Source of the DNA: Vicugna vicugna
Lineage: Eukaryota
Reading direction: 5' to 3'
Assembly: GCA_013265495.1 (NCBI GenBank)
Contig: MU058444.1
Span: 1,984,001-2,048,000 of the forward strand
DNA length: 64,000 nucleotides
In this document: in pieces, positions 12,901 to 27,900 of the stretch
How the letters are laid out: every line of letters begins with the position of its first letter
How positions within the stretch are numbered: the stretch's first letter is position 1
Notes under the pieces: generated by a model
Seen by the model: the letters and a program-made list of their open reading frames with translations, nothing else
Databases searched by the model: none
Told to the model about the DNA's origin: nothing
Program-made: the position numbers and the translations under genes

Positions 12901-15900
12901 GACACAAGTGAGAAGTGAAGTAACACATGGCTGGAACGCCCGTTCCCCTGGAGCAGGCTGATCACTCTCACGTATCGGGTGACAGAGAACACAGCCCAGA
13001 CCCTCCGGGGCCGTCACGGGCACCCATAACTTACGCTTCTATTACAACGCGACAGCAGTGCCGACTGCTGTGCCAACCAAGCTGACGCTTAATGGTTCTC
13101 CCTGTAAATGCACAGTAAACAAACTAACAAGCAGACAGGTGAGTCAGGGTGACGCCCATCATTTCAGAGTTGAAAACAGGTAGGACACATAAGAGAAGTC
13201 TTTTTTTTTTTGGAGCAAGACAATGTGTCCCCTTGGACATGGGATGTGATGTATCTGAACTGCTGACGGTCCTCTCGGGAGATGTTAGCAGCAGAGCACA
13301 GAAGATGCAAACAAGGGACAGCAAGCGAGGGAGGGCGAGGTCACCGAGAGAGCAGAAATGAAAGGCGTGGAACCGAGGGGGAAGAGGCAGCGAAAAGCAG
13401 GAGGTGAGCTGGGAGCCCCTGAGACCCGGGCCCGACTCCACAGGGGCCAGAAGGGAGGAGCGACGGCCAGTCACACAGGGACAGGAGACACTGTCGAGAC
13501 CAGGAGACAGACGAGAGGTTGTTCGGGGCGGTGATGGGACCAGAAACGCAGAGGAAGGAGTGGAGGAGCAGGTCTGCGGCCGGGAAGGGAAGATGCGCAG
13601 AGCCGTCTTCTGAGAAGACGGGGTCCGGGGAGCTGGGGGCGGACGATGGCTGCCCACCTGGTGCTCGGCGATGAGGGCCTTCACCTCCTCCATCTCCTGC
13701 GGGATGGGCTCCTTGTCCTTCTCACTCAGGGTCGTCTCCGCCCACTGCAGCCAGGCCAGCAGGGCTTCCAGCAGCTCCTGTTTGGCGATGAGCCCGGCCA
13801 GCGCGCTGGCCAACCTCTGCTGGTGCTGCTTCGCCCAGGCCAGCACCTGGTGGGGAGACAGAAACTTCTCTGCATGTCTTCCATCTTAACCGATGTAAAG
13901 GACACACAATTGAAATGTCAACTGGGGTCATCCCTGGCTAGACGCACAATTCCAGTCTTTCTATTTTTTTTTCCCCAAATTGAAGTATAGTTGGTTTACA
14001 ATGTCGTTAATTCCTGGTGTACATACAGCATAGCGATTCAATTAGACAACACGTATGTAAATATTCCTTTTCAGATTCCTTTTCATTACAAGCCATTACA
14101 AGGTACTGAATGCAGTTCCCTGTGCTCTACAGTAGGACCTTGTTGTTTAATTCCCATCAGTGGCACCAAGGACCAGCCTGTGGAGGATACAGGAGCCCCC
14201 TGTGATGCTAGGAGGTGGGAGGGGGGTCACCCTTGGGAGCTTAGAGATGCCCTTTGCCTTCTAATTTAAGTTCAGATAACACATCCCCTGAAGGATCAAG
14301 GATGGTCACTCCATGTAGCAAGGAATGGAAATAAAAATAGCTAAGATCTGAGATACAGGATGAATTCACCTATATGTGCAATTCATTCCATGAGCCTATG
14401 CTGCTCTGAGAAACCTACTCAACGGACACGACAGGGAAGTGGGACAGACATTTTGAAAGGGAGCCAAATGCTGGCCTTTTCTTGTTTCAGGGACATAGCT
14501 GCAAAACGCCTTTAACTTTTTAAAGCAAAGGGGATTGCAGAGACAGGGGATGCAAACTGGAACAGTCTCGTGAGGAACATTTCCCTCTCCAGGGGCCTCC
14601 TGTTACTCCAAGGCCATAAATGCATCGTTAACTGCTCAAGATTCCATGCCCCTCCACCGTGCCCATGACTCTCAAAGCCAGCGCCGCTGGAAAGAGGCCC
14701 CAGGACACACTGACCTCCTCGAACCTGGCCCGGATGATGGTCATCCAGTGCTTGATGGTGGTGATGGAGTCCGGGTGGCAGAGGGCCAGGAGAGCGTCCC
14801 CCATGCTGGTGGCTTTATTGAGGGCAGCTCGCTTCTCCTCCAGCCTCTTCATGAATTCCTAGAGCAGAAACAAAGGCATGACTCAGCTGTGGGCACGGGC
14901 TGCAAACCAAAAGCCGGTGACATCCAACTGGACTGCCAGAGTTCAACCAACACACAAGAGCTTCGATCGGTTTATTCCCAGCTGGAAAGCATCCTCTAAG
15001 TGAGGAATTCAGGGAGGAAAAGGGACAAAAATTGCATAAAGTGCCTTCTCACAGGATTTCAAAACACAAGTGTGGGATAATCTCTCTGTCACGTACCTCC
15101 TAGTCTGGCTTTTTGCACAGATGAAACGATTTGTTTACACACACAGCTGCTAGGTGCTCTAGTCCTCAAGATCCCAAGACTGTGTCTTATTCAATTTTGC
15201 ATAATAAATGCTTTTTAACCGTCTCCTTCTGCATCTTTGCTGTTGCAGGGTCCAGGTTCAGTGCCTCCGCTTACATGACCTACTTTAAAAAATCTTTCCA
15301 TTCTTCCCAATAGAGGCCCCCGTTAAGTGAAAGGGAAAAAAAACAACTAACAGGGAGATTGGAAACCAGAGGTTGATACCAGCTGTGCTTCGCCAAAGGC
15401 CAGCTGACCCCATCGTGCACTGATCACTCCCACACCAGGAGCCTGCATCCCTGCCGGAGCTCTAGGGACTGGGTACCAACTTCCCCCTGCATCCCGGCCT
15501 CTTCCAGGATGAGTGCCGCCTCCGTGGTTTGTGCTCGCGTGGGAAAGCGCGCCATTGCTGCAAACTGGATTATTCTGAGACATCTCTAGTCTTGTGACTA
15601 AGAAATTAAATATTCCATTTTCCTTCTACTGGTGAATATGTGAAGGGAGGCAGAGGACATGAAGAAGCACACATGATACTACTGCAAAATGTGATGATTA
15701 CAAAGAAGCCCTTCCTATAACTGCAGGTAATTTCTACACTATTTAAAAACATTTAGAGATAAGTGGTTGTTAAAACTCCTACCCCCGCTCTGGATACCTG
15801 CCCCCTGCTATTTCTGGGGGGTTCCTGGCCCTGCTGGGAGGGTGCTGATACCACAGGTGGGCTCCGTTCTGTAGGGCACACGTGCAACCCTGGGCTTCGA

Positions 15901-18900
15901 GGGGCCCTTGGAGACCCAAACCCAAATACATTCATGGAACTCAGTGCTGGTGATGGTCAGCCTATGGTAACATAATACAAACCAGATTTTCAAAATACTG
16001 AACTGAGTCAAACATTTACATAAATTTGATGCAATTCTCCTACTCTTACAGTCTACCTTCAACTTTTTAAAACCTGTTTCCTCTTAAGTTACTTACTTAT
16101 TTATTTTCCATTAAAACTAGTGGTCATCTATCATTCATTTTTAGAATCTCTCTTTTTTTTAAATTGGCAGCACTGCGGATTGAACCCAGGACCTCATGCA
16201 TGCGAGGCATGTGCCCTACCACTGGGCTCTACCCCCACCGCCTAGCTTCAGCTTTAAAAGGAGTACGGATCATTTGGCCCCTCCAGATAACGTTATACAA
16301 ACTTGAATCCCTTTTATTAATACTCCATTTTATGAATGCTCCATTGCTACAAGTTAGGTAACCCATCGTGGAGAGAGCATGGTGACTTAAAATAAGAAGT
16401 CTTGGCAGACGATGTCATCCGTGCCACCCTGGAATTAATGATGCACGTCCAACTTGACCCTGAAAGAGGAGGTTATTCAGTGGTGTTAAACAGATCCTTT
16501 CAAGCTAGCAGGAAAAGCTGACATCAATACTACACTGAGGATTAGCATTGCAAATTCCTGACTTTGACTCTTTGACTCCTGACTCTTTCCTCTGACTCTT
16601 CAAAGGTTTAAAAAAAAATCTGTTAAGAGCTATCTGAGAGGAGGAATACAGCTCAAGTGGTAGAGAGCATGCTTAGCATGCACAAGGTCACAAGGTCCTG
16701 GATTCAGTTCCCAGCACCTCCTCTAAATAAATAAACCTAATTACCACCCCCCCACCAAAAAAAAAAAAACTGAAAAGAGCTATCTGGACCACTCTCTTTA
16801 GGGTTTTGCTAGTTCTGTCTCGTCAGGAAAAATCTTGACCTGAAAACTCAGTGGCCAGATTTTCACTTGGTTAATTGTATCAACTTACATAACGCAACCC
16901 CCCCCTTTTTTTTTTAACATAACCCATTTTTAATTTATACTTTATACTATGGGTTACATCTCAAAAGAATTTAAAGTGGCTCGACTGAAAACACAATTGA
17001 AAGAGGCTTAGAAATAAAATTTGAAGACCAGTTATCAAACTACTTGCTTGTCTTGCTTACAAAGGTAACAATGATTAATTTACAATTTTAATGGTATAAT
17101 TTTTATAAATGACACACTGCTTTGAAATGCACATACAAGTGCAACAAAATTGACCAGTTTTGGTCAGGAGCCAAATAACCCCCTAGAAAAATCCTAGAGA
17201 TAGGAAACAGTGACTAATTTTAGAATAACTACCTTCTATAAAGAAAACATAAAAAGACAGCTATACATACTTGTGCACAGGGGCACTGGGACACATCTAC
17301 GTAAGCAAAGAAGTCCTCAAATGTACAAGATCTTCCACTACTTCTCAGGAAGGAAAATGTCCACTCAGTTGATGTTTGCAATCACAAGCCCACTATCTCT
17401 ACTCTGTTTGGATTTCCCAGTTAGTTCTCCCGAGCACTTATGTGACTCACTTTATGCTGATCGATGAGTGTGCGCAGAGCATCCTCATCATCGGGGAGCG
17501 CGCCGTGGAAACGAAGGGTCTGCTCTGCTTCCGCCAGCCACTCCAGCAGGGCGTGTACCACTGAGTGAAATTCCTCTGCCTAACGGTTCACACACACCCG
17601 CCAAAAGAGATTCCCGAATATGGTTGTTAGTACGGTAGATTCTTCCTCTCAATGAAAAAAAAAAAGGTCTGAAATCTAAATTGGTTAATTATATGCGTCG
17701 TTCCCATTAAAGAGACAAGAGATACATGGTGCTGCATTTTACAAATGTCAGAAGACATCCAATATGTCAAAAAGAAAGAAAGCCTACATAGTTACAATGA
17801 AGAATAATTCAGCATTTTAAGAATCTGATTTTAGGTGAATGGCTGTGCATCATATATTCAAGCTGAAAAAAAATACTCAAACAGCACTTTCATGAGAAGA
17901 TTAGAAAACTTCCCTCAGTGAGTTATTTAAATTCATCGTCGGGGAGGCGGGGGAGGCAGCCAGGCAATGATGCTCTAAGAACTTCCTCCTCCATGACCCA
18001 TGCTGGTTGAGACGGAGGTGGGGGGAGCCCCGTGGTCCTTCAGGAGAGTGGCTCCTGTTGGGATGCAGGCCCCTCCTGAGCACCACCCAGCGGCCGGAAC
18101 CCCAGGACTTCACCTGGCGCAGAGCTGCTTCTAGCCGAGTCTGCTTGGATACGGAGAGAGCACACACACTCTCCCAGCGCGTGCTCAGCTCCTGCATCTG
18201 GACCCGGACCCAGGAGGAGTCGTCCCGGCTGCCCTCCATGAGCTCCCGAGCCGAGCGCTTCAGCGCCTGCACGCTGCTCGTCCGCTTCCCCAGCTCCTTC
18301 TGGAAGGCCTAGGAAGACGGTGTTTTACAAAATTAATCTGAAATCAGCCCGAAGAGCAAAACATACCCTTTGAAATACACCTGTGCACATCACATTGCGT
18401 ACCACTAAGATCTACAGTTGAATGACCCGTTTTCCACAGAACCGTCAGAAAATGAGACAAAGCACGCTTACTCCTGTTAAGAGCACCATCAAGACCAGTC
18501 TCGCATCAATCTGCTCGATCTTGTAGCAGTCTCCCGAATGAACTATGTTATGTTTCAGAATGACACGCTGGATTTAAATAATGGTGGTCACCTTTCTTTT
18601 GTTTGTTGTGTCTGTTGGTTTAATTTTTAAAAATTTTAAAAACTTAAGTATAATTGATTTAGTGTTGTGTTATTTTCAGGGGTACAGCAGAGTGATTCAG
18701 TTATACACACACACATATATATATTCCTTTTCATATTCTTTTTCATTATAGGCTATTACAAGATATTGAATATAGCTCCCTGTGCTGTACAGTAGGACCT
18801 TGCTGTTTATCTATTATTGTATATAGTAGTGTGCATCTGCAAACCCTGAACTCCCAATTTATTCCTCCCTTCCCTTCCCCCCTGGTAATCATAAGTTTGT

Positions 18901-21900
18901 TTTCTATGTCTGTGAGTCTATTTCTGGTTTGCAGATGAGTTCGTGTCATTTTTTTAGATGCCACATATAAGTGATTTCATATGGTATTTTTCTTTCTCTG
19001 TTTGACTTACTTCACTTAGAATGAGCATCTCCAGGTCCACCCATATTGCAGCAAATGGTATCATTTTATTCTTTTTTATGGCTGAGTAGTATTCCTTTTA
19101 TAAATATACCACAACTTCTTTATCCAGTCATCTGCTAATGGACACTTAGTTTTCTTCCACATCTTGGCTATTGTAAATAGTGCTGCTATGAACATTGGGG
19201 TACATGTATCTTTTCAAATTAGACTTCCCTCTGGATATAAGCCCAGGAGTGGGACTGCTGGATCATATGGTAACTCTATTTTTAGTGTTTTAAGTAATCG
19301 CCATACTGTTTTCCCTAATGGCTGCATGGTCGCCCTTCTTTATTTCAGTTCCACACAAAGCTGCATCATTCTTTCTATGATTCTTTATTATGGTGTCTCA
19401 ATTCTTCCTGAATCACTAGTGTGCCTGCCCTGGGTGTGTGGGCCACCGTGCTGCTTTCTAGCTGTAAACACACCTAAGAGACTGACCAATAACTACGCAG
19501 CCCTTAGAGACCCCAGCACCAGGAAAAGAGCAACATTTTCTTCTATAACATGCCTTCATCTTGTCTTTCACAGCACCTTGAGCACTAACCCACGATGTCA
19601 AATGTTAGAAGCTTGAATCCTTGTCTGTCACCTCGGAAGGAAAAGCTTTTTATTCTTCTCTCCCACTCAATTTTGATGAGCTTTGGTGTGCCAGGAGTTT
19701 AAAAATAGCTTCTTCTGGCCATTTCTGACCCAAGAGTCTATCTAGGCAACCAGATCTTTCACATAACCCAACTTTATAGATAAAATAAAATTAACATATT
19801 TTTCTAAGAAATCATCATAAATGAATATGACCAGGCACATTTCGTAGTTCTGGTTATATCTGGGGGTTTCTATTGTGATACTCGGATCATTCACAAAAGT
19901 AAGCCTGTCAAAAATAATGAAGTATAAAAAAATAATAATCCAAGAACGGTGTGAGGAATTCTTTGCTGATTTCATTCTGATAGTGTTAGGTGTGCCTGCA
20001 GACAGATACACAGATACACACACACACAAGGACAGAAAGTACAGTGTCTAACTGCTCCATCTGCGACAGGACTAGCCCACCGTTCTGAGCAGACCTGCCA
20101 ATGTGCTCTGCATACTCTAACTTCTTACTGGGCCATCCAATTGTATTACTAATGCCGAATGATTAATCCGTTTCTGTTGACCTCTCAAGACAAAAAAAAG
20201 AAAAACCTGGCACAAGTGCCTAGGGGAGTAAATATTTAGACAGTGAGCTTATAAAAACAGCATTTATGTAAAAAGTAACATTACATTTTCATTACTTATT
20301 GAATGAATGCCAGTGGGGGACTAAGTCTGTATTAATCATGCATAAAACATTTGTTCCAATATAGACAAAGCCACATAACTGAAAGTTTTTAAAATTTTTC
20401 TAGGCCTGATCAATGCTCTTCATTTATTATTTTTATTTTCTGTTAACGTTCCGACGTCACAAACTGTCTTCTCCTATGGACATGAGATAATGGACCCAGA
20501 AAAGGGGAGATAAATGTACAAAAAGACCAACTATTTTAAAAAGAACAGGTAAGATCGAAATAACAGACCCAAGGAAGTATAAAGAGACATCGTAAAACAG
20601 ATTCTGTGAACTCAGAAATTATAGGGAAGCCATACATGAATTCATGCATTCAGTGCTATGAAGTGTCTGCACAGAAAGCCAACTCTGAAACCCCCTTTCC
20701 AGTCAGTACCAGGCCTCACGTTGTTTTCAAGGTTCTTTAAATTGAAACACAGTGTTTGATCATAATTTAGGACCCTACACTCAGCATCAGTGGGACGTCT
20801 CAGTATCGCCTTTGATTTGCACACGAGTAGAACACACGTAGCAGGAGATGGCAGGGAAACCAGTTTTCTCGAGGTAATTAATAATCCAATAATGGCACGA
20901 ACTGCTATCTCATACACGGCTACAGTTCAAGGGGCAAGGTTAACACTGGTTTTGGAAAAAATGAAGCAGCTAATCATGGCCCCCGTGGAGCATGTCACAA
21001 ATCGGATGTTTAAGTGATGACCTGGTTCCAGGTCATGGGATGAATGATTTTAAATTATATTAATAATTATTTATATGAATAACAAGCGATAATAAAAATT
21101 ATTTAAATGAATAAAAGATAGTAAAAATTATCTAAACGAGTAAGAAAAGGTAGTAAAACAGACAATGAAATCACTTTCCCAGCTCGGGAAAGGTGTTAGC
21201 CAGGGAAATTTAAAACCAAAGCATTTCAGTGATACCAAAGTGATCTCCCTGCCTCACTTTTATTTTTAAATTTTTTATATGTTGAAATTTTAATAACAGA
21301 GCGAACATGTTTTTTAACTGAAGTATAATCAGTTACAAGGTGTCAATTTCTGGTGTACAGCACAGTGTCCCAGTCATGCATATACATACATATATTCATT
21401 TTCGTATTCTTTTTCATTAAAGGTTATTACAAGATATTGAACAGATATTTACAGTTCCCTGTGCTATACAGAAGAAATTTGTTTTTTATCTTTTTTTAAT
21501 ATAAAGTGGTTAACATTCCTTCCTCACTTTTAAAGCTGGCTCCCAGGTTCTGCTCAAACATACACATATTTCCATATTAAAGACTGTTACATAGTATGGC
21601 TTATAGTCTCCACATTTTATAAGGCTAAATTAAGTGGTTACAGCCCCCCTACCCAGTTCAGAACAATCAAACGAGACAAAATTAAATGTCTGGATAACAA
21701 TACCTTGTGATTGTCGATGAGGTTCATGACTAAGTCGATGTCCCCGTGGACAGGCTGGTCCTCGGCCAGCTGGGGTTCAACCCTGTACAGCCAGTCAATG
21801 AGGGCCTGCAGGGCGTCTGTGAATTGTCCAGAAAATAAGAGGGCCTCCTCCAGTTTGTTTTGTCTAGGGGGAAAAAAAAGAGGAAAAAAAAATCAATGTG

Positions 21901-24900
21901 AGCAATAAAAATGCCACCCTGTACATCAGAACACTTGAAATTCGTCTACGAAGGCTGAGCAGACCTCAAGCAGAAAAGCAGTATTTTCACTGCTGTTTCT
22001 CTGCTTTCCTTGGAAAACAACAAAACTTTCCTCAAGTTCCCTTTTCTCTTCCTTAAATACCCAGCATCTGCTCCAGGACAATTCCCTCATCATCACCTCT
22101 GGAAATCACGGGCCTTTCGGTTTCTTCATAAAAATTTGCCTGTTCAATTGAAAAATCTATAATTTATGTTTTAAATTATTATAAGGGTGTATATATAGTC
22201 CCACAGATTTTCACACATGTATGTATTCGTGTGACATCATCAAGATCGGGATACAGAACAGTCTGTCGCCCCCTGACGCCCCTCAGGCTGGCTCTGATGG
22301 TCACAGTCCGCTCCCACCTCTAACACCTGCCACTCGGGGACTTGTTCCTCATCACTGTGATTTTCAGTCTTTCCAAGACTGTCATACAAATTCTCATGAA
22401 ATCACTTACGGGACATGGTAAAAAAGTACTGGAGAAGATTTTAAAGATTTTAAAAAATGAACACTATTAAAAAAAACAAACAAAAACTGCTTATAAAGCT
22501 CCCAAAACAGAGTCTCATATTCTGCTTAATCTTGATACTGATCAAAGTAATCAGAGTAAGGGTCAAGGACAAGTTTGAAAACATTTAAGACAGTTGAACT
22601 TTTCTACTACTATTTTACGTTCTTAGTTGCTTAAAAAATTTTTTTTAAAGCTTCAGCTCTTCATAGTTGAAGTGTACTGAGGACAAGGGAGACTGGGGAA
22701 AGGTGGGAGGGGTCAGACTGGTGGGACCCTGGCGTATCCCAGTCCACACCCAAGAGTAGGTCCCTAAAGGGTACAGAGCAGGGGCGGGGGTTGGGTGGGG
22801 TGGACAACAAGATTCCAGGTATATTTTAAGACGACGGGCCTCGTGGTGATGTGGAAACAGGACTGAGGAGGGCGACAGCAGACCAGGACCCTGGTACCAG
22901 TCCAAAGGCAGGCGCTGGACTCGGGTCAGGGATGTCGGAGGCTGGGAGGAGGATGTCCTCTTCGAGTGAGCCAAGCACTTAAAAATGGATTAACAGACAC
23001 ACACTACTGTATATAAAATAGACAAACAACAAGAACCTACTGTAGAGCACGGGGACCTGTATTCAATTTCTTGTAATAACCTACAATGAAAAAGATCTGA
23101 AAAGAATATATATATATGTATGCGCATGTGTATGTATCACTGAATCACTCTGCTGCTCACCTGAAACTAACACTGTAAATCAACTACACGTTGATAAGAA
23201 ATAATAACGAACAGCAAAGACTTCTCGGTGTGGCCACCATGTGCATGGGGCATCGAGGATGAGCGGAAGTCCTCCAGCAAAGAAAGGAGAGAGTCTTCAA
23301 GGCCCCCACGCCTCCCCGCAAAGCACGGTGACCGTGGTGCTTGACGGGGTCTAGCAACGTGGGCGAGCGAGCAGCCCGCCGGCAGCGATGAGCGCCTCAC
23401 CTTTCCACCGACTTCCCGCAGACCGTGTCCCACTTGTCCCTGAGCTCGCTCAGCATGTCGTCCAGCTTCAGGTTGTCGTCGGCTAGGGAGGTCTTCTCCT
23501 TCAGAGAACGCCCGGTCCTGTTGGTGGTGTCGTAGACGGAGTGCTTGGCTCCCAGGGCTTTCTGGAACTCCTGCACATTCAACAAGAGGACAGCGTGCAT
23601 TGCTACTCGGGACCGACACACAGAGAGCTCAGGGTCAGCGAAGGAGGCGTCCCTGGACACAGAAACGGAGTCCAAAGACGGGGGACATCGGCAGTAATCA
23701 AGTCGGGTGGTGCAGTGAGTCCTCTCCCCGGAAACACACCCGGGGAGAGAGGAGCCCCTGAACCTTCCATTGGAAGGATTAACTTTTTCCCGAAGCCCAG
23801 TGTCTGTAAGAACACCTCCTATTATTAAAAAAAAGAAAGAGAGAATTTCAAAGCAAAACGTATGCTGAAACTCTTGCAGATATAAACCGCAAACAGTATA
23901 AATAGTTAGATAAAATGGAAAATCATTGAAAAACCCAAGAGTTTGGAGAGGAAGCTGAAGCTAATTAATACTCTGAGTCAGTACGGGTCCAGTGTGGCCA
24001 CAGGATGACCCAATAGTGTATAAATTTACTACACTTATTTTTTATTATCAAACAGATTTGTTGCCACACAATTTGGATTTTCACAAAGATGCTACATGTA
24101 CTTTATCTGTGAGCCAGGATGGGAGGCAAAGAAAAGCCACATCTCTGGGCTCCTGTGTTTGGACCCGCTCATTCCACGCCCGCCTTGGGAAGGCCACGCC
24201 CCTCCTCCCCACACCCACCATGTCCTACCCGGGTCTCCCAAAGTCTCCAGACGACTTGCCACCATCCGACGGCCGCCTGGCTAATATGATATCTATACTC
24301 CGCAGTTTCTCCCGGGTTAGGGCACCTTTCACGTGTGGGAGGGGTGAATTACAACCTTTCTGTATAACTCAGTTATATGCTTTTATAAAGCAGGGGTATT
24401 AGCTTTGCTGTAGGACCTTTATAACCATCTTATGTTTTGTGGCTCTTTGTAAGGATTTAATAGAAAAAATAAGACAACTGCCATTAAATATATAACCTCA
24501 GTGATGAGATGAAAAGAGGCCAACTTAATGGGCAGCTTAAAAACTCATAAAATGACAAGGAAACACTCATACAGTGACTTTCAATCCTGGTATCACGTCA
24601 GAATCACCCCAGGCAGTAAAATGCTATGCAAATGTGTAATTTTCCATAATAACCTCGAGGTTACAATCACCTACTACATTTTATTTCCTTAAAAAAAGCT
24701 ACACACTTAATAATGCATCTTAATAATACTACACAATTTATTTTTCTTGTAGTAGGAGGCAATTATATCTGGGAATTTGGGGGCAATAAACACCATTACA
24801 GTATCTCACTATTTCTGTAGTTTGTTTTCTGTAATGATTATTTTTTCACATTACCCTAAACAGAACACTAGCTTTAGAATCACAGTTTTGACCGAGATTT

Positions 24901-27900
24901 TATTCAGAGTAAATGTTATAGCTGAATACAGGATGGATGAAAACTTTTTCAAGACAAAAAAAGCACCCAAAGGATGAACTGAAAAGACCTCTTTTAAAAA
25001 CCTGGCTTAATGGACCTTTTATCTTTATCTCAGAGAAATGGTGACTGGCAACAGGTCACACTAGGAAAAAAGATTTCATCAAATAGAGTTCTTCACACGT
25101 TTTTATTTCCAGGATTCTCTAACTGAAATAGGCAATAAGCTTCCCTAAGACCACATGACACATCATCTAAGTTCAAGTTCAAATAAGGTGCTCTATTTTG
25201 AGAAGGGGGCGGTGCTGATCTCAGCCCTCTGCTCTTGGCTCTGGACGCGGCAGCTCCCGGGCCGAGGAGCCAGCAGACAGGCCACTCGTCAGCCCTCATC
25301 CACCTGAGAAAGGCCCTCCCCGTGTCCCCCCTTCCACCTAGGATCACGACCCCCGAGGTCAGTCCTGCCCACCGGCGGAAGCAACCAACCTGTGTGAAGA
25401 CTGACAGCTAGAATTTTCTGACGGTGATAAACTCACATCACCCAATTTTCCCCCCGCCTTTTAAACATCATCATGTTTCAAGCAGTGATTTCTATGCAGG
25501 TGCCAAAAATCGTAAAACGGTCTACAGGAACCCCACATCCTTACCTACTGAGCACTTCACAAATAGAAAGAAAGACAGAAAGACCAAATTCAAAAGAGTT
25601 GGGAGAATGGGGGGGATGCTCTTTGAAAGGCAGGTGGTAGGAATTATATAAGGTAGAAAATACGGAAAACAATGTTTCTCTACCTTCTTGTCTACACGGG
25701 GAAGGCAGCGTCTTTGAGGGCAGGGATGGAATTTCATACACATACACGATGCCACTAATTTAGGAAGGGGCAAACCAACTTCCCCCACAGAACCGATGAA
25801 AGGAATCTCAATAGCAAAATATATACGACTTTTAGTGCAGAATTCTCTTTTGCGTGGCATTTCGTCTGTGAAAGAAATTATAAGACAAGACAGCGGTAAA
25901 GAACTGAAACGCCACCGTCTGGCCTCTGCAAATCCTTTGTGCATCTTAGATCGCAGAAGACTTCCGGTTTTAATTTTGTATGTTTCCTTTTAACCATTAA
26001 CCCAGGAATCAGAATGGAATGATCACCGGAGAGTAAAGATGCCACTGCCACTTGACCACAGGGCAGGGTAACTGGTTTTAAGTGTCGTATAGGTCCACGC
26101 TGGACAGCCTTTCTTCTCTAGCGACGAATGAACACACAATCAGGTCAGAATGTTAATTAGAAGTGACCTTGAGACCCACAATGACACAACGTCCTTTTCT
26201 TAATTGCAGACCCACCTTATGCTGTGCGAGTTGGGTTTTGATTTTGTCCGGGTCGTTGGCGATTTCCAGTTCAGAATCCAAAGACTTTTCCGACTCCTCC
26301 AGCCACTCCATCAGCTTACTCCACGCTTCGTGGAACTGTAAGAGAAATTCCCATCTTTGTCCAGAAGATGTGCAGGTACCCCCTGAAATGGCGTTCGAAA
26401 TCCAGTACTTTTTTAAAACAGAAACTAGTATTAATAGAATTCTTAAAAATGATGAATTCAAAATTTTCCCCCAAGAAAAAGAAGGAGTATTTTCATCAGC
26501 AGATCACAACATGTCATGTTCACGCGTGCCCCTGTGGTCATGCCCACCATGGTCATTTTGTTGTTAACTCATTCAAAAATAGAAATGAACGTAAAAGACA
26601 TTTAGGGAGCATCAGGCAGAATGACCTGCCCTTTCTTTTGCTTAATAAATAATAAAAACACTCCAAGAATTTTTTTTACTCCACTATTGTTTCCTGACAG
26701 ATGTGGGTTTTACCTCAACAGTGTTTAATGCCTATGTTAAAAAAGAGTTATGGAAAAAGAAGGGGTAAGGATAAAGTTGTAAATTCATTTTAACAGAAAG
26801 AGGCCATCACATCCCTATTTAATGCAAAGCTCATTCAACCTCTTCCCTGCTGCCATCAAATCTTCAAATTAACGTCTGTGCCTTTAACACCATCAGTTTT
26901 ATATGTTAAGAGCACCCACAATACTTGAGTTCTCACAAAACAGAATTATTCTCTTTTGCATCTATGACCCTGAAATATTCCGGTGCCATACAGATTTGAT
27001 TTCAGCCGTGGTCGTTTCTCTATTAATCATAAATAGTACGGACTATTCTGGGACACCAAATTGGTTCTAAATTACTTCTTAAAGGGAATGGAAGTGAACA
27101 GATACACAACGCAAACTTGAGTCATCCAACTGAAGTCTGTTTTATATCAAAGGACATTATTAATGAAATAAGAAGAAAGGCATTTAACAGTCAGCACAGT
27201 GGGAGCACAGGAGCACAGGGCTGGAAAGGTCCACGGGAGACCACGTCCCTACAGACTGGCGTCCCCCACGCATCCCCCCCACAACTCTGGTCCGCTCACA
27301 CGTGACAGCAGGGAGGCCAGAGCAGGCACATAAACTGCCCGAGTCAGAGAACTACGGCCAACGTCTGAGCCAAACGCTGAGATACCAGCATACACAAAGG
27401 AAGAAAAGAAACAGCTAGTCATGGTGCCAGGTCGTCCTAGGACACTTAAAAAACCATCAGAGACCGATTCTACTCCAGAGACTCACTGACAACACTGAAC
27501 ACACCATGCCTCCCCCTCAAAGAGGGACATGGGACATGGGACATGTAACCCCATCACAGTGCGAGTGGTCATTTCTCAAGCCCTTAAACTTCTCACGCTG
27601 ATAGCTTCCAACACTGAAACGCTGGACTCCCACGCCACCCTCCGCGTGGCCCACAGGAGCCTCACTCCCCAGACAATGGAGTCCAACACCAGTGACACAC
27701 AAATGCAGCTGATCGGCGCAGGAAGAGTCATTATAAAATTCAGCCTCGAAATTATTACACAAAGCTCCTAATGAAAAAAAATCAAAGCTATATGCCAAGC
27801 AAGGTGGGTGCACACCCCTCCTCCCTGGAGTACAGAGATGCGAAATTTTACTTTTCCGTGTTTAGAGCAGGCCAGATACAGGAAGGAAGAAAAGCTCCTT

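Noticed and set aside
19164..19616. 150-aa ORF, plus similar ORFs at 18746, 43428, 55344, 55710
   Set aside because: Translations of L1 fragments or (CA)n repeats
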